Shown in pieces: positions 1 through 8,715 of a stretch of 23,877 bases of DNA. Position numbers and translations under genes: made by a program. This DNA is from Pseudomonadota bacterium. GTDB taxonomy: Bacteria > Bdellovibrionota_B > Oligoflexia > Oligoflexales > CAIMVM01. Location of the stretch: the NCBI GenBank assembly GCA_037142195.1, contig JBAXBA010000054.1, forward strand, positions 1-23,877. The letters are read 5' to 3'. Under the pieces are notes generated by a model that saw only the letters and a program-made list of their open reading frames with translations, made no database searches and was not told the DNA's origin. Positions within the stretch are counted from its first letter, which is position 1. The number at the start of each line of letters is the position of its first letter.

Positions 1-160
1 CAATATGCGCAAAATCCCTAGGATGCGGTTGGGGTTTCGCGCCAGCGACTAATTAGCGAACCATTCCTGAGTAAGACAATCTGGCACTCCAAGCATTTTC
101 TTATCTAGCGCCAAATCAGCGCACTAAATCCCTTTAGAAAACAAAATCCCTAGATGAAGA

Positions 161-177
161 TGCGGAATGATTCCGCA
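161..177. promoter_or_regulatory. Perfect 8-1-8 palindrome TGCGGAAT-G-ATTCCGCA (operator or hairpin downstream of suhB)
   Basis: Arms 161-168 and 170-177 are exact reverse complements; about 75 nt past the suhB stop. Function is inferred. Confidence 0.4.
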
Positions 178-251
178 CAAAGATGGATTCCTCTTCGGGT
201 TCTTTTTACGAATCAAAAAGTTAAACCTCTGACGAACGAATTCTCTCTGTC

Positions 252-1055
252 CTATGGAAAAAAGGACTTATAGGATGGCGCGACAGCCCCATAAAATGGC
301 TCCATCACCGAACGATTGCCGGCTATAAAAAAACGGCCTTCTCCAAGCACATAGTTTCTCCCTTGTAAATCCCAGGTGAAAGCTCCCACTTCTTTAAGAA
401 GGGGAATGGCTCCAGCGATGTCATAGGGGCTCAAATCGCACTCCCAAAATCCTTGGAAACTCCCCGCAGCAAGAAAACAAAGATCCAAAGCAGCAGAGCC
501 ACAGCGACGCATATCACGGGCCCCGCGTAAGACTTCAGCGCTAGCCGCAAAAAAAGGCTGATAGAGTTCTTCAGACTTGAACGGAAACCCCATGGCGATG
601 AGGCTTTCAGAAAAGTCCTTAGGCTTTAACATCGGTAGTGGCTTTTCATTCATGAAAGCACCTTGACCTTCAGAAGCCAAAAACAAGTCTCCCGTATAGG
701 GACGGTAAACCACACCAAGTTTGGGTTCATTTTTGTAGCATAGGCCCACGGAGATGGAAAACATATCGAGTCCATGGAGAAAGTTTGTGGTCCCATCAAT
801 GGGATCGACCACCCAGCACCAATCACTCGGGGCATTTCTGAAACCAAACTCTTCGCCGAGAAAAGCGGCCTTAGGGTGAAGGATAGAAAGGCGCTCATAA
901 AGCATGGTTTCGCAAGCCTTATCCACTTCTGAAACCAGATCGTTTCGACCCTTAGTTTGTATGGTTTGGGAGCGTCTAAATTCACGAAGCTGAACCTGAC
1001 CGACATCCTTCAAAACGACGGCTACTTGCCTAGCTAAACTTAACGAAAGTTCCAT
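252..1055 (-). CDS. suhB: Inositol monophosphatase family protein (SuhB)
   Basis: Motifs DLVSEVD, LGEE, WVVDPIDGTTNFLHG, RRCGSAALDLC, LSPYDIAGA; GAGGAG Shine-Dalgarno upstream of the ATG. Confidence 0.9.
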   Translation of the reverse strand: MELSLSLARQVAVVLKDVGQVQLREFRRSQTIQTKGRNDLVSEVDKACETMLYERLSILHPKAAFLGEEFGFRNAPSDWCWVVDPIDGTTNFLHGLDMFSISVGLCYKNEPKLGVVYRPYTGDLFLASEGQGAFMNEKPLPMLKPKDFSESLIAMGFPFKSEELYQPFFAASAEVLRGARDMRRCGSAALDLCFLAAGSFQGFWECDLSPYDIAGAIPLLKEVGAFTWDLQGRNYVLGEGRFFIAGNRSVMEPFYGAVAPSYKSFFP

Positions 1056-1402
1056 TAGAAAATTCTCCTCAAAATAATTATCGACTAATCCCTCACGAGG
1101 GTCAATGAAGCCACAAAAACGGCCGTCATGCTAAGGCAACTCTCCCCGACTATTTTCTAAAATAAAGATCAACCTGAAGGAGGCCTGGGCCATTGCCTTG
1201 AGGTGTGGGTAATAAATAATCAACGGGAGAAGGAGTAGAGTTTATAAAGTAGACACATTTGAAATCCTTCAGGTCAAACCATAGGCAGAATCACCTGGGA
1301 ATGCCGGTGTCATTTGAAATATATGCTATTTCTCAAGTCCCAACTTGACCAAAGATTGCAGACACCCGAGAATCCTGGCCAATTGGCATGTAGGGGAAAA
1401 TC

Positions 1403-2938
1403 ATGAAAAAATATGCGTTAATTTCTGTCACTGACAAAACCGGTATCGTAGAGTTTGCTAAAGGCCTCATTCAAAATGGATTTTCTATCATTTCCACTGG
1501 AGGCACCTCTCGCCTTCTCAGAGATCATCAAGTCCCCCTCGCTGATATTAGCGACTTCACTGGATTTTCGGAAATCTTAGATGGGCGTGTAAAAACCCTA
1601 CACCCTAAGGTGCATTCCGGTATTCTTTTTGACCGCAAAAAACACGCCCAGGAGGCAGAGGCATTAAAAACAGAGGCCATTGATCTCGTGGTAGTCAACC
1701 TCTATGATTTTGCTAACGAAGCAAAACGTAAAGAGCTTGGTCTTGAAGAGGCCATAGAATTTATTGATATTGGTGGACCCACGATGCTCCGGGGAGCCGC
1801 TAAAAACTGGCAATATGTACTTCCCGTAATTGATCCCCTAGATTATGGGGACGTTTTGAACTTATGCTCTAGCGGTGGGTTTCCTAGGGAATTTAGAATG
1901 AAGTTGGCTCGAAAAGTATTCGCCACGACTTCACAGTATGATGCCATGATAGCAAACTACTTCCAGATTTCTGAGCCAGGAGAGCAACTTCCTTTGAGTC
2001 TATCCCTTAGCTCACATCTGCGTTACGGGGAAAATCCAAAACAAAAAGCAGCACTCTATAAGCCTTCGTGGGCCCATTTAGATAGCTTATGTGAGGTAGA
2101 AATCCTCCAGGGAAAAGAGCTCTCTTACAACAATTACCTAGACTTAGATGCTGCTGCAGCTCTCATAAGAGAATTTCCAGATGACATGGCTTTAACGATT
2201 GTGAAGCATAATAATCCCTGCGGCACGGCCATAAACAAACCGGATGACACTTTGGTTGATGTTTACCGAAAAGCCTTAAGCGGCGATCCTCGATCAGCAT
2301 TTGGCGGCATCGTCGCGACAAATACCGAAATCTCAGAAGAAGCCGCCCTTGAAATGAGCTCCCTGTTCCTTGAGTGCATCATAGCCCCTTCTTACTCTGA
2401 AGGAGCCAAACAAATTTTCTCGCAAAAGAAAAATCTAAGGCTCGTTAGTGCTGCCTGGATTAAGACAAAGCCTCAGCCTGAACTTACATTGAAATCGATT
2501 CGCGGCGCTGTCTTAGTACAAGACCAAGATATTGTAAGTGAAGACAAGTGGCTTCTTCCCACCCATGAAAAGCCCACCCCCGAACAGACAAGAGATCTAA
2601 AATTTGCATGGAAAGTATCAGCCCATGTCAAATCCAATGCCATCGTTTTTGCTAAAGATGGTGTGACTTTAACCGTCGGAGCGGGGCAAATGAGCCGCAT
2701 CGATTCGGCGACATTTGCTGCGGAAAAAGCCTTAGCTGAAAACAAACCCCTACGGGGCTCCGTAATGGCAAGTGACGCTTTTTTCCCATTCCGAGATACC
2801 GTAGATTTAGCCGCCAAATTCGGGATAAGTGCGATCATTCAGCCTGGAGGATCCCTGCGCGATCAAGAATCCATTGACGCTTGCAATGAGTCTCATATAG
2901 CCATGGCCTTAACTGGCGAGAGGCACTTTAAACATTGA
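1403..2938 (+). CDS. purH: Bifunctional AICAR transformylase / IMP cyclohydrolase
   Basis: ALISVTDKTG, STGGT, GRVKTLHP, IDIGGPTMLR, LRYGENP, GKELSYNN, KHNNPCG, HVKSNAI, SDAFFPF, C-terminal RHFKH; 511 aa. Confidence 0.97.
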   Translation: MKKYALISVTDKTGIVEFAKGLIQNGFSIISTGGTSRLLRDHQVPLADISDFTGFSEILDGRVKTLHPKVHSGILFDRKKHAQEAEALKTEAIDLVVVNLYDFANEAKRKELGLEEAIEFIDIGGPTMLRGAAKNWQYVLPVIDPLDYGDVLNLCSSGGFPREFRMKLARKVFATTSQYDAMIANYFQISEPGEQLPLSLSLSSHLRYGENPKQKAALYKPSWAHLDSLCEVEILQGKELSYNNYLDLDAAAALIREFPDDMALTIVKHNNPCGTAINKPDDTLVDVYRKALSGDPRSAFGGIVATNTEISEEAALEMSSLFLECIIAPSYSEGAKQIFSQKKNLRLVSAAWIKTKPQPELTLKSIRGAVLVQDQDIVSEDKWLLPTHEKPTPEQTRDLKFAWKVSAHVKSNAIVFAKDGVTLTVGAGQMSRIDSATFAAEKALAENKPLRGSVMASDAFFPFRDTVDLAAKFGISAIIQPGGSLRDQESIDACNESHIAMALTGERHFKH

Positions 2939-3579
2939 TCGTAAATATCTAAAACCCGTAAGTGCAGAAAAAGGCACTTGGAACAGAGGCTTCATCTTCT
3001 TAAATTTGCCTCTCTAAGTATTCAATGGAAGGCTTCTAGATACCAGGCGTTCCCTTGCAATTGAATTTTAAGCGCGGCATGGACTTGCGTAAGTTCTGGC
3101 AGAAGAGTCTTCTTAGTCCATGCCTGCAATTTTGGAGTTCTCTAAGAGTACTATAGAATTCGATTCTTATACTATTTTTTGAATCCTAAATGAGGAGGCT
3201 CCTAGTAAGTCTTGACTAGGCCCATTCCTAAACGTTTTACGGGATACCTATGGTCTCTATGTAGATTCTAGTTTAGGCTTATTGCCTCCTTCGCTCTGCA
3301 TGTTCAGAGATGCCCCAAATAAGTCAAAGCAAGGTAGATATAAATTACAGTCCCCAAAAAGGACATGGATTCTGTCTCAAATGAGTGATGGACACTCCGT
3401 TCTGGGAACTGATGATCCACCACCAAAACTTCGGACCAGTTTGGCAGGCGATGTCCCATTGACTTGAGCTATAAGCTCCCAGGTGTCAGCACTTCCCGTC
3501 CGCAACGTAATCAAAAATTAATTTGCTTAATTCTGGATTTGCCGCCAATCTAACCGTTATACTTTTTAAGGAAAATGCC

Positions 3580-5160
3580 ATGAAACTTATTCTAAGCTTG
3601 GTTTTTATGTTGGGTTCACAGTTAGCCCTTGCTAAGGCCCAACCAAAGCTCTTAATTGTTTTTGTCGTGGATCAAATGCGAGCTGACTATCTTCAGCGAT
3701 TTCATGAGTATTTTATTCCAGAAGGCCCTCAGAAAAAAGATGGCGGCTTTAGGTGGCTTATGGCTAATGGAGCTTCCTTTGCCGACGCAAGGCACCTCAC
3801 CATTGCTGCTATGACCTGCCCAGGACATGCGACCCTTCTCACAGGAACAACTCCTTCCAGACATGGGATCTTTAAAAACTCTTGGTATGATGAAAACACA
3901 GGTAAAGAAGTTTATTGCGTCGAAGATGAACTGGCTAAAAGCAAAACGGACACAGATCCTTCGTCAAGTCCTAGAAGACTTCTAGCTCCTACATTAGGTG
4001 ACGAAATCAAATCAGTTTCCCCGCTGTCAAGAGTCTATAGTGTCGCCCTTAAAGACCGAGCCGCTATCATGATGGGCGGCAAACGAGCCGACTTGGCCAT
4101 TTGGATGAATCATAAGAAAATGAGCTGGACAACCTCTGACTGGTACTTGCCAAAAACGACGCTACCGCAGTGGGTTATGGATGAAAACAGGATGATTGAT
4201 AAAGACAGAAAATCTGTCTTTACTTGGAACGCCTCCATCAAAGACTATCCTAAAGAACCTGCCCTTGGCTTCTTATCAGGACTGCCTATACAGTTTTCAA
4301 AGAATGACGAAAGCTCACTGTCGAGCCCCTATGGGATTGAACTAACCGAGCGCATGGCCCTAGCCACCTTGAATAAGAATGGTCTTGGCAAAGGAAAATA
4401 CACCGATATTTTAGCCATAAGTTTTTCTACGACAGACTATGTCGGGCACCAATTTGGGCCGACCCACCAAGCCATGCTTGAAATTCTCAAGAGCGCAGAC
4501 GCTGCCATTGCTAGAATCATTAAAGAAGCCCAGCGAGGAAGACAACCCTCCGAGATTGTTTTTGCCTTAACCGCTGACCACGGAATCCCACCTGTGCCTG
4601 AGGGAGCCCCGAGTTCTCTCCTTCTAGGTCAGAGAATTTCTGGGAAAGAGGAATTAAAGGCCCTCGAATCCGCCATTTCCGCAAAATTTGGCCCTGCAAA
4701 AAGTGGAAACTGGATTGCGGCGAGGGGAGAATTTCACTTTTTTCTGTCTTCACAAGTACCGGACGATCAAAAGCTAGTCATAAGCCAATTTGCAAAAAAG
4801 TATCTCGCGAGTAGAGACTGGGTTTCAAAAGCCTACACCAGGTCTGACATAGTGGATGGCAAAATCACAGATCAGTATTTAAAAATGCAACTGGAAGCCA
4901 CATTTCCTGACTTTGGGATTCCGGATTTTGGCGTAGTTGTAAAGCCTTATTCTACCGCAGGTGATAACACAGTTACTCACATGACTGGCTACACTTACGA
5001 CACCAGAGTCCCACTCCTACTTTCGGGAGCAGAAATAAAGCAAGGCACCTATAAGGATCGGGTCTATATTCACGATTTGGCTCCAACCTTAGCTTATTTG
5101 CTCGGATTTAATCCTCCCGCCTTGGCCACGGGACGAATCCTATCAGAATCCCTAAAGTAA
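3580..5160 (+). CDS. Secreted alkaline phosphatase superfamily protein, PafA/PhoK type (Thr nucleophile)
   Basis: VVDQMRADYL, T-C-PGHAT nucleophile motif, SVALKDRAAI, DYVGHQFGP, TADHG, THMTGYTYDTRVP. Start moved from 3523 to ATG 3580 (AAGGA Shine-Dalgarno, signal peptide MKLILSLVFMLGSQLALA). Confidence 0.88.
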   Translation: MKLILSLVFMLGSQLALAKAQPKLLIVFVVDQMRADYLQRFHEYFIPEGPQKKDGGFRWLMANGASFADARHLTIAAMTCPGHATLLTGTTPSRHGIFKNSWYDENTGKEVYCVEDELAKSKTDTDPSSSPRRLLAPTLGDEIKSVSPLSRVYSVALKDRAAIMMGGKRADLAIWMNHKKMSWTTSDWYLPKTTLPQWVMDENRMIDKDRKSVFTWNASIKDYPKEPALGFLSGLPIQFSKNDESSLSSPYGIELTERMALATLNKNGLGKGKYTDILAISFSTTDYVGHQFGPTHQAMLEILKSADAAIARIIKEAQRGRQPSEIVFALTADHGIPPVPEGAPSSLLLGQRISGKEELKALESAISAKFGPAKSGNWIAARGEFHFFLSSQVPDDQKLVISQFAKKYLASRDWVSKAYTRSDIVDGKITDQYLKMQLEATFPDFGIPDFGVVVKPYSTAGDNTVTHMTGYTYDTRVPLLLSGAEIKQGTYKDRVYIHDLAPTLAYLLGFNPPALATGRILSESLK

Positions 5161-5649
5161 CTCTGAGGTTCTGGTTAAACATCAGAGATAGATTGTTGGA
5201 ATAAGAAGAGTCTCTATGACGACTCTGTGATAGAGTCTGCCCCACTCTACAAATACCGCTTAAATCTTGAGTGGAGTGCATCTCAAGATCTCAGCATTCT
5301 CCAAGAAAATCCCTAAAAGGGACACATGGTGCCTCGATGTCGATAGAGCCCTTTGCTAAAGTAGCGCAGCATATTTAGCGCTTCTAGGGGCTGTCATCTA
5401 TTCCAATATCGCCAAAGACTATAGAGACATATCTTCGACGAATCACCCGCCTCACGACTCCTGTGATGACTCGATAGCGTCTCAAACGTAAAGACCACAA
5501 AGTTCAGGAAACACTATCACTAATGCATTCAAGTAACCTAGAGAATCCTACAAAAGAAACAGCCCTAACAACTTCCCCTGAAATCACGTTCTGTAAGTAT
5601 TTACGGCGGTTCTTTGGAAGTATTTTCTTCTTTTTGTCTTTATGCTGGC

Positions 5650-8118
5650 TTATTTTGATCTGAGATAGAAACGCTTTTTCCCAATGGGCTGACCTGCATC
5701 TAAATCGCCTGCATTAAACACTTGAAGATAAGCATAATCCTGACATCCACCGTCATTGCGATTTATAAAATCGCAGGTGCTAGTGTCCACTTGAATGGGG
5801 AGGGTGACTTTAGATTCTGGTGAATCAAGCATAACATCGATTGGGCCAACGTCCTCACCCACCCATTTCATCGCCCCTTGAAGAGCGCCACCTCGAAAGG
5901 CAACTCGAATCGTCACTGGGAATTTGAATTTCGTGGAGTCACCGTCTATTAGCGAAAGATTCAATTCGTAGGTTTGAATTTTAGGGCCATTGGCGTCCAC
6001 CAGAATAGGGGAAGCTCGAGATCCCTCTCCGCGATCTGTAAGGATGGAATCCTTGTACTTAATCTCAAATTTCGCTGGGGTTTGAGAAGGACTGTAGTTT
6101 CTCTTTGCTAGGGATTGATTGATGATTTCAAGCAATTGTCCAGCCTGACGATTTAAAGTAGGTATCTCTCGATTTAAAGTATCAACATACTTCATTTGTT
6201 CAAACCAAACTTCCGCTGTCAACCTAGGGTGATCACGAGTGAGCCTCATAGTTTCAAGCGTTAGATCCGTCATTCGCAAAATCCCTTCGCGATCACCAAA
6301 TTTGTCCATCATGGCGTCTAGCATGACATACATAGCGCCACCATAGGCTTCGCCTTCATCGTGAGATTCATTTGTAAGATAGAAATAAGTATCATTTAAA
6401 ATGCGAAGGGTATTTCGAAACTCAAAATCCTTGCTGCCAATTTTATCTGCGATAATGATTTGGGCCAAAAAGTCGGCCATACCTTCCCAAAGGCCGTAGC
6501 CCTCTGAGCTATCCACATGCGGTCCCATGAGACGGTCTTGAAGCCCGTGTCCTAGTTCGTGCCAAATGGTTGAGTTGTCACGCGCGTAATTCATACCGTT
6601 AGCCGAATAGGTCATAAAATTAATCGTATTATCTGAATAGAAGGCGTTGTCCTTTCCTTCTATGTCGGGGTCAAAAAGAATCGCAACGAAGGGCTTTGTC
6701 GAAAGTTCGGGGTCTTTGAAGCCAAGGTTTTGAAACGTAGATAAAAAGGAATCTGTTGCGTAGTAGACTTGCGCCTCATCAAATCCAGACCGCAAAAGTT
6801 CCGCAGTATTTTCAGGACGTGGTTTTTGACCTTCAGCAGCTGGTAGCCTTCTCAACAGATCATCTTCCTTAACAATAGGAATTCCCCAATACAAGGGAGA
6901 GAAAGTAATCTGATAGTCTTCTTTGTCGTCCTGGGTCTTTATAGGATTGTAACTTGAGTTAAATTGAGGGGAGAGATCCAATTTCGGCGGATTTTCGCTA
7001 AAGATCTGGGGTGCATTTTTGTGAATAAGTACGATAGCATTTTTTCCAAACAATCGAACCCTCTTTGCTTGATTCATTTCATTTGACAAGAGTCGCCCGT
7101 GATTCTCCCAGGAGTCAGGAAATAGAAAATTTAACAAGTCCTGGTTCCAGTATCCTTTTAAGTAATCTTTAAGAGTCAAGGGTCCATATTTATGCAATGA
7201 TTCTAGGAATGAAATTTTCTTGGAACCAATATAGGTGGCGTAATTGATCTCTGGTACTTTGGTTAATAGGTTTGGTAGCATGACACTTGCAGGGGTAGCT
7301 ACCTGATCCGGAGGGTTCGGCGATGACACGATCTCCCAAAGTGGGTAGACATTTGCGGGTAGGGAATAAGTTTGATTTTGTGGATCCTTGGAAGGCAAGT
7401 CATGAGTCGTCTTATTAAGGAGAGTTGCCGACCGATTGGCAAAATCATAAATTAACGTGCGATATTTTTCTTTTACTTCAATTCGACGAACAAATCCTTG
7501 AACAGAATCGGATGTACTGTAGATATTGCTTGTTTTGATCGAAATAATATTTGTCAATTTAAAGCTATTTTTTACTTCTTCGTTCACTATTTTCAAAACT
7601 TCCGTAAAATCTGTATTAGGGGTTTTAAAGTCTAAAAATTTATAGAACGGAGCTCGAAGTAGAGAGCTTGAAGATTTCACAGAGGGAGTGACTGCAGGTA
7701 ACAAAAAAGCTTCTACAAGGATCGGTTCCTTTGTTTTAAGTGAGAGCCACACACGTATGCTCGCTCCTTCAACTTCTGAGTTAGCGATCACTTGGGCGTA
7801 GCGCTGATAGTGCGACGTCATCAGTAGAAGGTCATCGGTTTTCTTAAAATTTGATTCTTCAAAGTGAACTCCAGTGCGATTAGAGATGGCACTTACTAGA
7901 TCAGACAGTTCAGAACCCTGAATTTCACCCTGTTCAAAGCGGGCATAAATTTTGTTTTTTTTTTTTGCGCTATCAGAATTTAGGCCTGCAAGTTTGTCCA
8001 CTTGGGCTAATGTGGTTTGAGCCAGAGTCGAGCTCCCTCTTTCCCTGGAACATGAAGCAGCAACAGCGACAAGCGCAAAGAAAACCAGCCGTCTTTGAAT
8101 CAATGGGAATGGTGTCAT
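5650..8118 (-). CDS. Lipoprotein zinc metallopeptidase, gluzincin (M36 fungalysin / M4-like) with long propeptide and beta-rich C-terminal domain
   Basis: Lipobox AASC; NAFY, WHELGH, GLWEGMADF third-ligand Glu, SHDEGE; AGGAG Shine-Dalgarno; 822 aa. Confidence 0.8.
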   Translation of the reverse strand: MTPFPLIQRRLVFFALVAVAASCSRERGSSTLAQTTLAQVDKLAGLNSDSAKKKNKIYARFEQGEIQGSELSDLVSAISNRTGVHFEESNFKKTDDLLLMTSHYQRYAQVIANSEVEGASIRVWLSLKTKEPILVEAFLLPAVTPSVKSSSSLLRAPFYKFLDFKTPNTDFTEVLKIVNEEVKNSFKLTNIISIKTSNIYSTSDSVQGFVRRIEVKEKYRTLIYDFANRSATLLNKTTHDLPSKDPQNQTYSLPANVYPLWEIVSSPNPPDQVATPASVMLPNLLTKVPEINYATYIGSKKISFLESLHKYGPLTLKDYLKGYWNQDLLNFLFPDSWENHGRLLSNEMNQAKRVRLFGKNAIVLIHKNAPQIFSENPPKLDLSPQFNSSYNPIKTQDDKEDYQITFSPLYWGIPIVKEDDLLRRLPAAEGQKPRPENTAELLRSGFDEAQVYYATDSFLSTFQNLGFKDPELSTKPFVAILFDPDIEGKDNAFYSDNTINFMTYSANGMNYARDNSTIWHELGHGLQDRLMGPHVDSSEGYGLWEGMADFLAQIIIADKIGSKDFEFRNTLRILNDTYFYLTNESHDEGEAYGGAMYVMLDAMMDKFGDREGILRMTDLTLETMRLTRDHPRLTAEVWFEQMKYVDTLNREIPTLNRQAGQLLEIINQSLAKRNYSPSQTPAKFEIKYKDSILTDRGEGSRASPILVDANGPKIQTYELNLSLIDGDSTKFKFPVTIRVAFRGGALQGAMKWVGEDVGPIDVMLDSPESKVTLPIQVDTSTCDFINRNDGGCQDYAYLQVFNAGDLDAGQPIGKKRFYLRSK
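7955..7966 (-). repeat. A12 homopolymer within the 5' part of the metallopeptidase gene
   Basis: 12 consecutive T on the + strand; coding strand reads GCA AAA AAA AAA AAC (AKKKN). Confidence 0.9.
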
Positions 8119-8270
8119 TTATGAGCTCCTTAAGTAAGATAGCAATCCTAGGGGTGCCCTAGTTTTGACTGCCCTAGAACGGCGCAATCTATGTAATAAA
8201 ATGAAATATGTCATTCTCTATTTGATAAAAATGCCCCAACCCAAAATAGCTGTTAAAAAGAGCAAGTCCA

Positions 8271-8292
8271 CTACAAATCTTAAAATTTGTAG
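8271..8292. promoter_or_regulatory. Inverted repeat CTACAAAT-N6-ATTTGTAG upstream of the metallopeptidase gene
   Basis: Perfect 8-bp arms about 150 nt upstream of the peptidase start; operator role is inferred. Confidence 0.35.
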
Positions 8293-8362
8293 ACCTTTAA
8301 CATCAATTCGCTACGCTTAAATAATTGAAAAAGGCCCGTTTTCAGGTGCCCGCCTAGTAGAA

Positions 8363-8402
8363 TCCAGAGCTCTAGTGTCCAGAACTCTGGTGTCCAGAAC
8401 TC
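8363..8402 (+). repeat. Tandem 15-bp repeat, about 2.7 copies (TCCAGARCTCTRGTG)
   Basis: tccagagctctagtg (8363), tccagaactctggtg (8378), tccagaactc (8393). Confidence 0.8.
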
Positions 8403-8438
8403 AATGCTTCAAACGTTTTGGCTCAGCAGCTTGCCTCA

Positions 8439-8490
8439 TGGTTGGATTTCACCAAGATTGAGCCAGCTGATTTCACCAAGATTGAGCCAC
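8439..8490 (+). mobile_element. Orphan IS21-family terminal sequence (TG end plus two tandem transposase-binding repeats), no istA/istB
   Basis: Exact 21-bp direct repeat GATTTCACCAAGATTGAGCCA at 8445-8465 and 8469-8489 (period 24), starting 6 nt after a TG at 8439. The AAxxTGA(C/G)CCA core and tandem layout are typical of IS21-family ends. Confidence 0.6.
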
Positions 8491-8715
8491 GTTACCAAGC
8501 GACTGCGGATTTGATATCCCTGTCGAGATGCCATTTATTTATGCATTTCAGAGTGAGTGTGAAGAAAACCAACGCTAAGAGCAAAGGGCAGAGGGCAGAG
8601 AAGGCTTCCTGAAATTAAGAGAAGGAACGTACTTGGTGCCAGCAGGCGGAGGACTCCTCCCCCCAAAACGGAACCCTCATTGCGTAGACGCATCATCTGA
8701 TGATAAAGTTGCGTC

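Noticed and set aside
1056..1402. ZMP/ZTP riboswitch or small ORF upstream of purH
   Set aside because: No recognisable ZTP aptamer motifs; minus-strand open stretches lack a start with a ribosome-binding site.
3414..3425. tRNA/tmRNA-like 3' end TCCACCACCA (and a GGGGCTG start at 5387)
   Set aside because: No T-arm, acceptor stem or other tRNA/tmRNA elements.
3282..3467. 61-aa ORF in the purH-phosphatase gap
   Set aside because: TTG start without a Shine-Dalgarno; no protein-like features.
5196..5428. Long-range 8-bp inverted repeats TTGGAATA/TATTCCAA and GTCTCTAT/ATAGAGAC
   Set aside because: One or two such matches are expected by chance in about 490 nt, and they cross each other.
8445..8489. 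CRISPR array from the 21-bp direct repeats (also considered for 22448-22489)
   Set aside because: Only 2-3 units with 1-3 nt spacers, and no cas genes.
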